IMG/VR virus record: IMGVR_UViG_3300023184_000036
Length of the DNA stretch: 64,000 nt
Reading direction: 5' to 3' (one strand)
Source of the DNA: a virus
Under the pieces are notes generated by a model. The model saw only the letters and a program-made list of their open reading frames with translations, made no database searches and was not told where the DNA came from. Positions within the stretch are counted from its first letter, which is position 1, and each line of letters begins with the position of its first letter. This document shows positions 63,999 through 64,000 of the stretch, piece after piece. Both the position numbers and the translations under genes were made by a program.

Positions 63999-64000
63999 TT

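Noticed and set aside
1-64000. CRISPR array, rRNA, integrase or IS element
   Set aside because: No regularly spaced repeats, rRNA-like sequence or transposase/integrase motifs were seen.

Overview
64 kb from a large, AT-rich, T4-related (myovirus, jumbo-type) bacteriophage. The host is probably an alphaproteobacterium (inference from a Rhizobiales-style outer-membrane protein, a DUF4337-like protein and a tRNA-His with no encoded G-1). From left to right: early genes and a tRNA-Ala; a ~10 kb nucleotide-sugar/glycosylation cluster (Gmd, GDP-mannose 3,5-epimerase-like, sugar C-methyltransferase, SDR, several glycosyltransferase-like paralogs); uvsY-uvsX-gp32; terminase, head, neck, tail tube and tail sheath genes behind TAAATA late promoters; dNMP kinase; a QueF-like gene lacking the catalytic Cys; many small early genes; a frameshifted tail-fibre gene; two DNA methyltransferases; pstS with a Pho box; and a 19-tRNA array interleaved with accessory genes. 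The most striking unexplained element is a complete ribosome-dependent attenuator at 54070-54261 (promoter, 26-codon leader, mutually exclusive antiterminator and terminator) at the head of the tRNA region. Its leader samples 16 different amino acids rather than a run of one, which suggests a general sensor of tRNA depletion or translation stalling. All assignments come from motif recognition by eye; no searches or folding programs were run.
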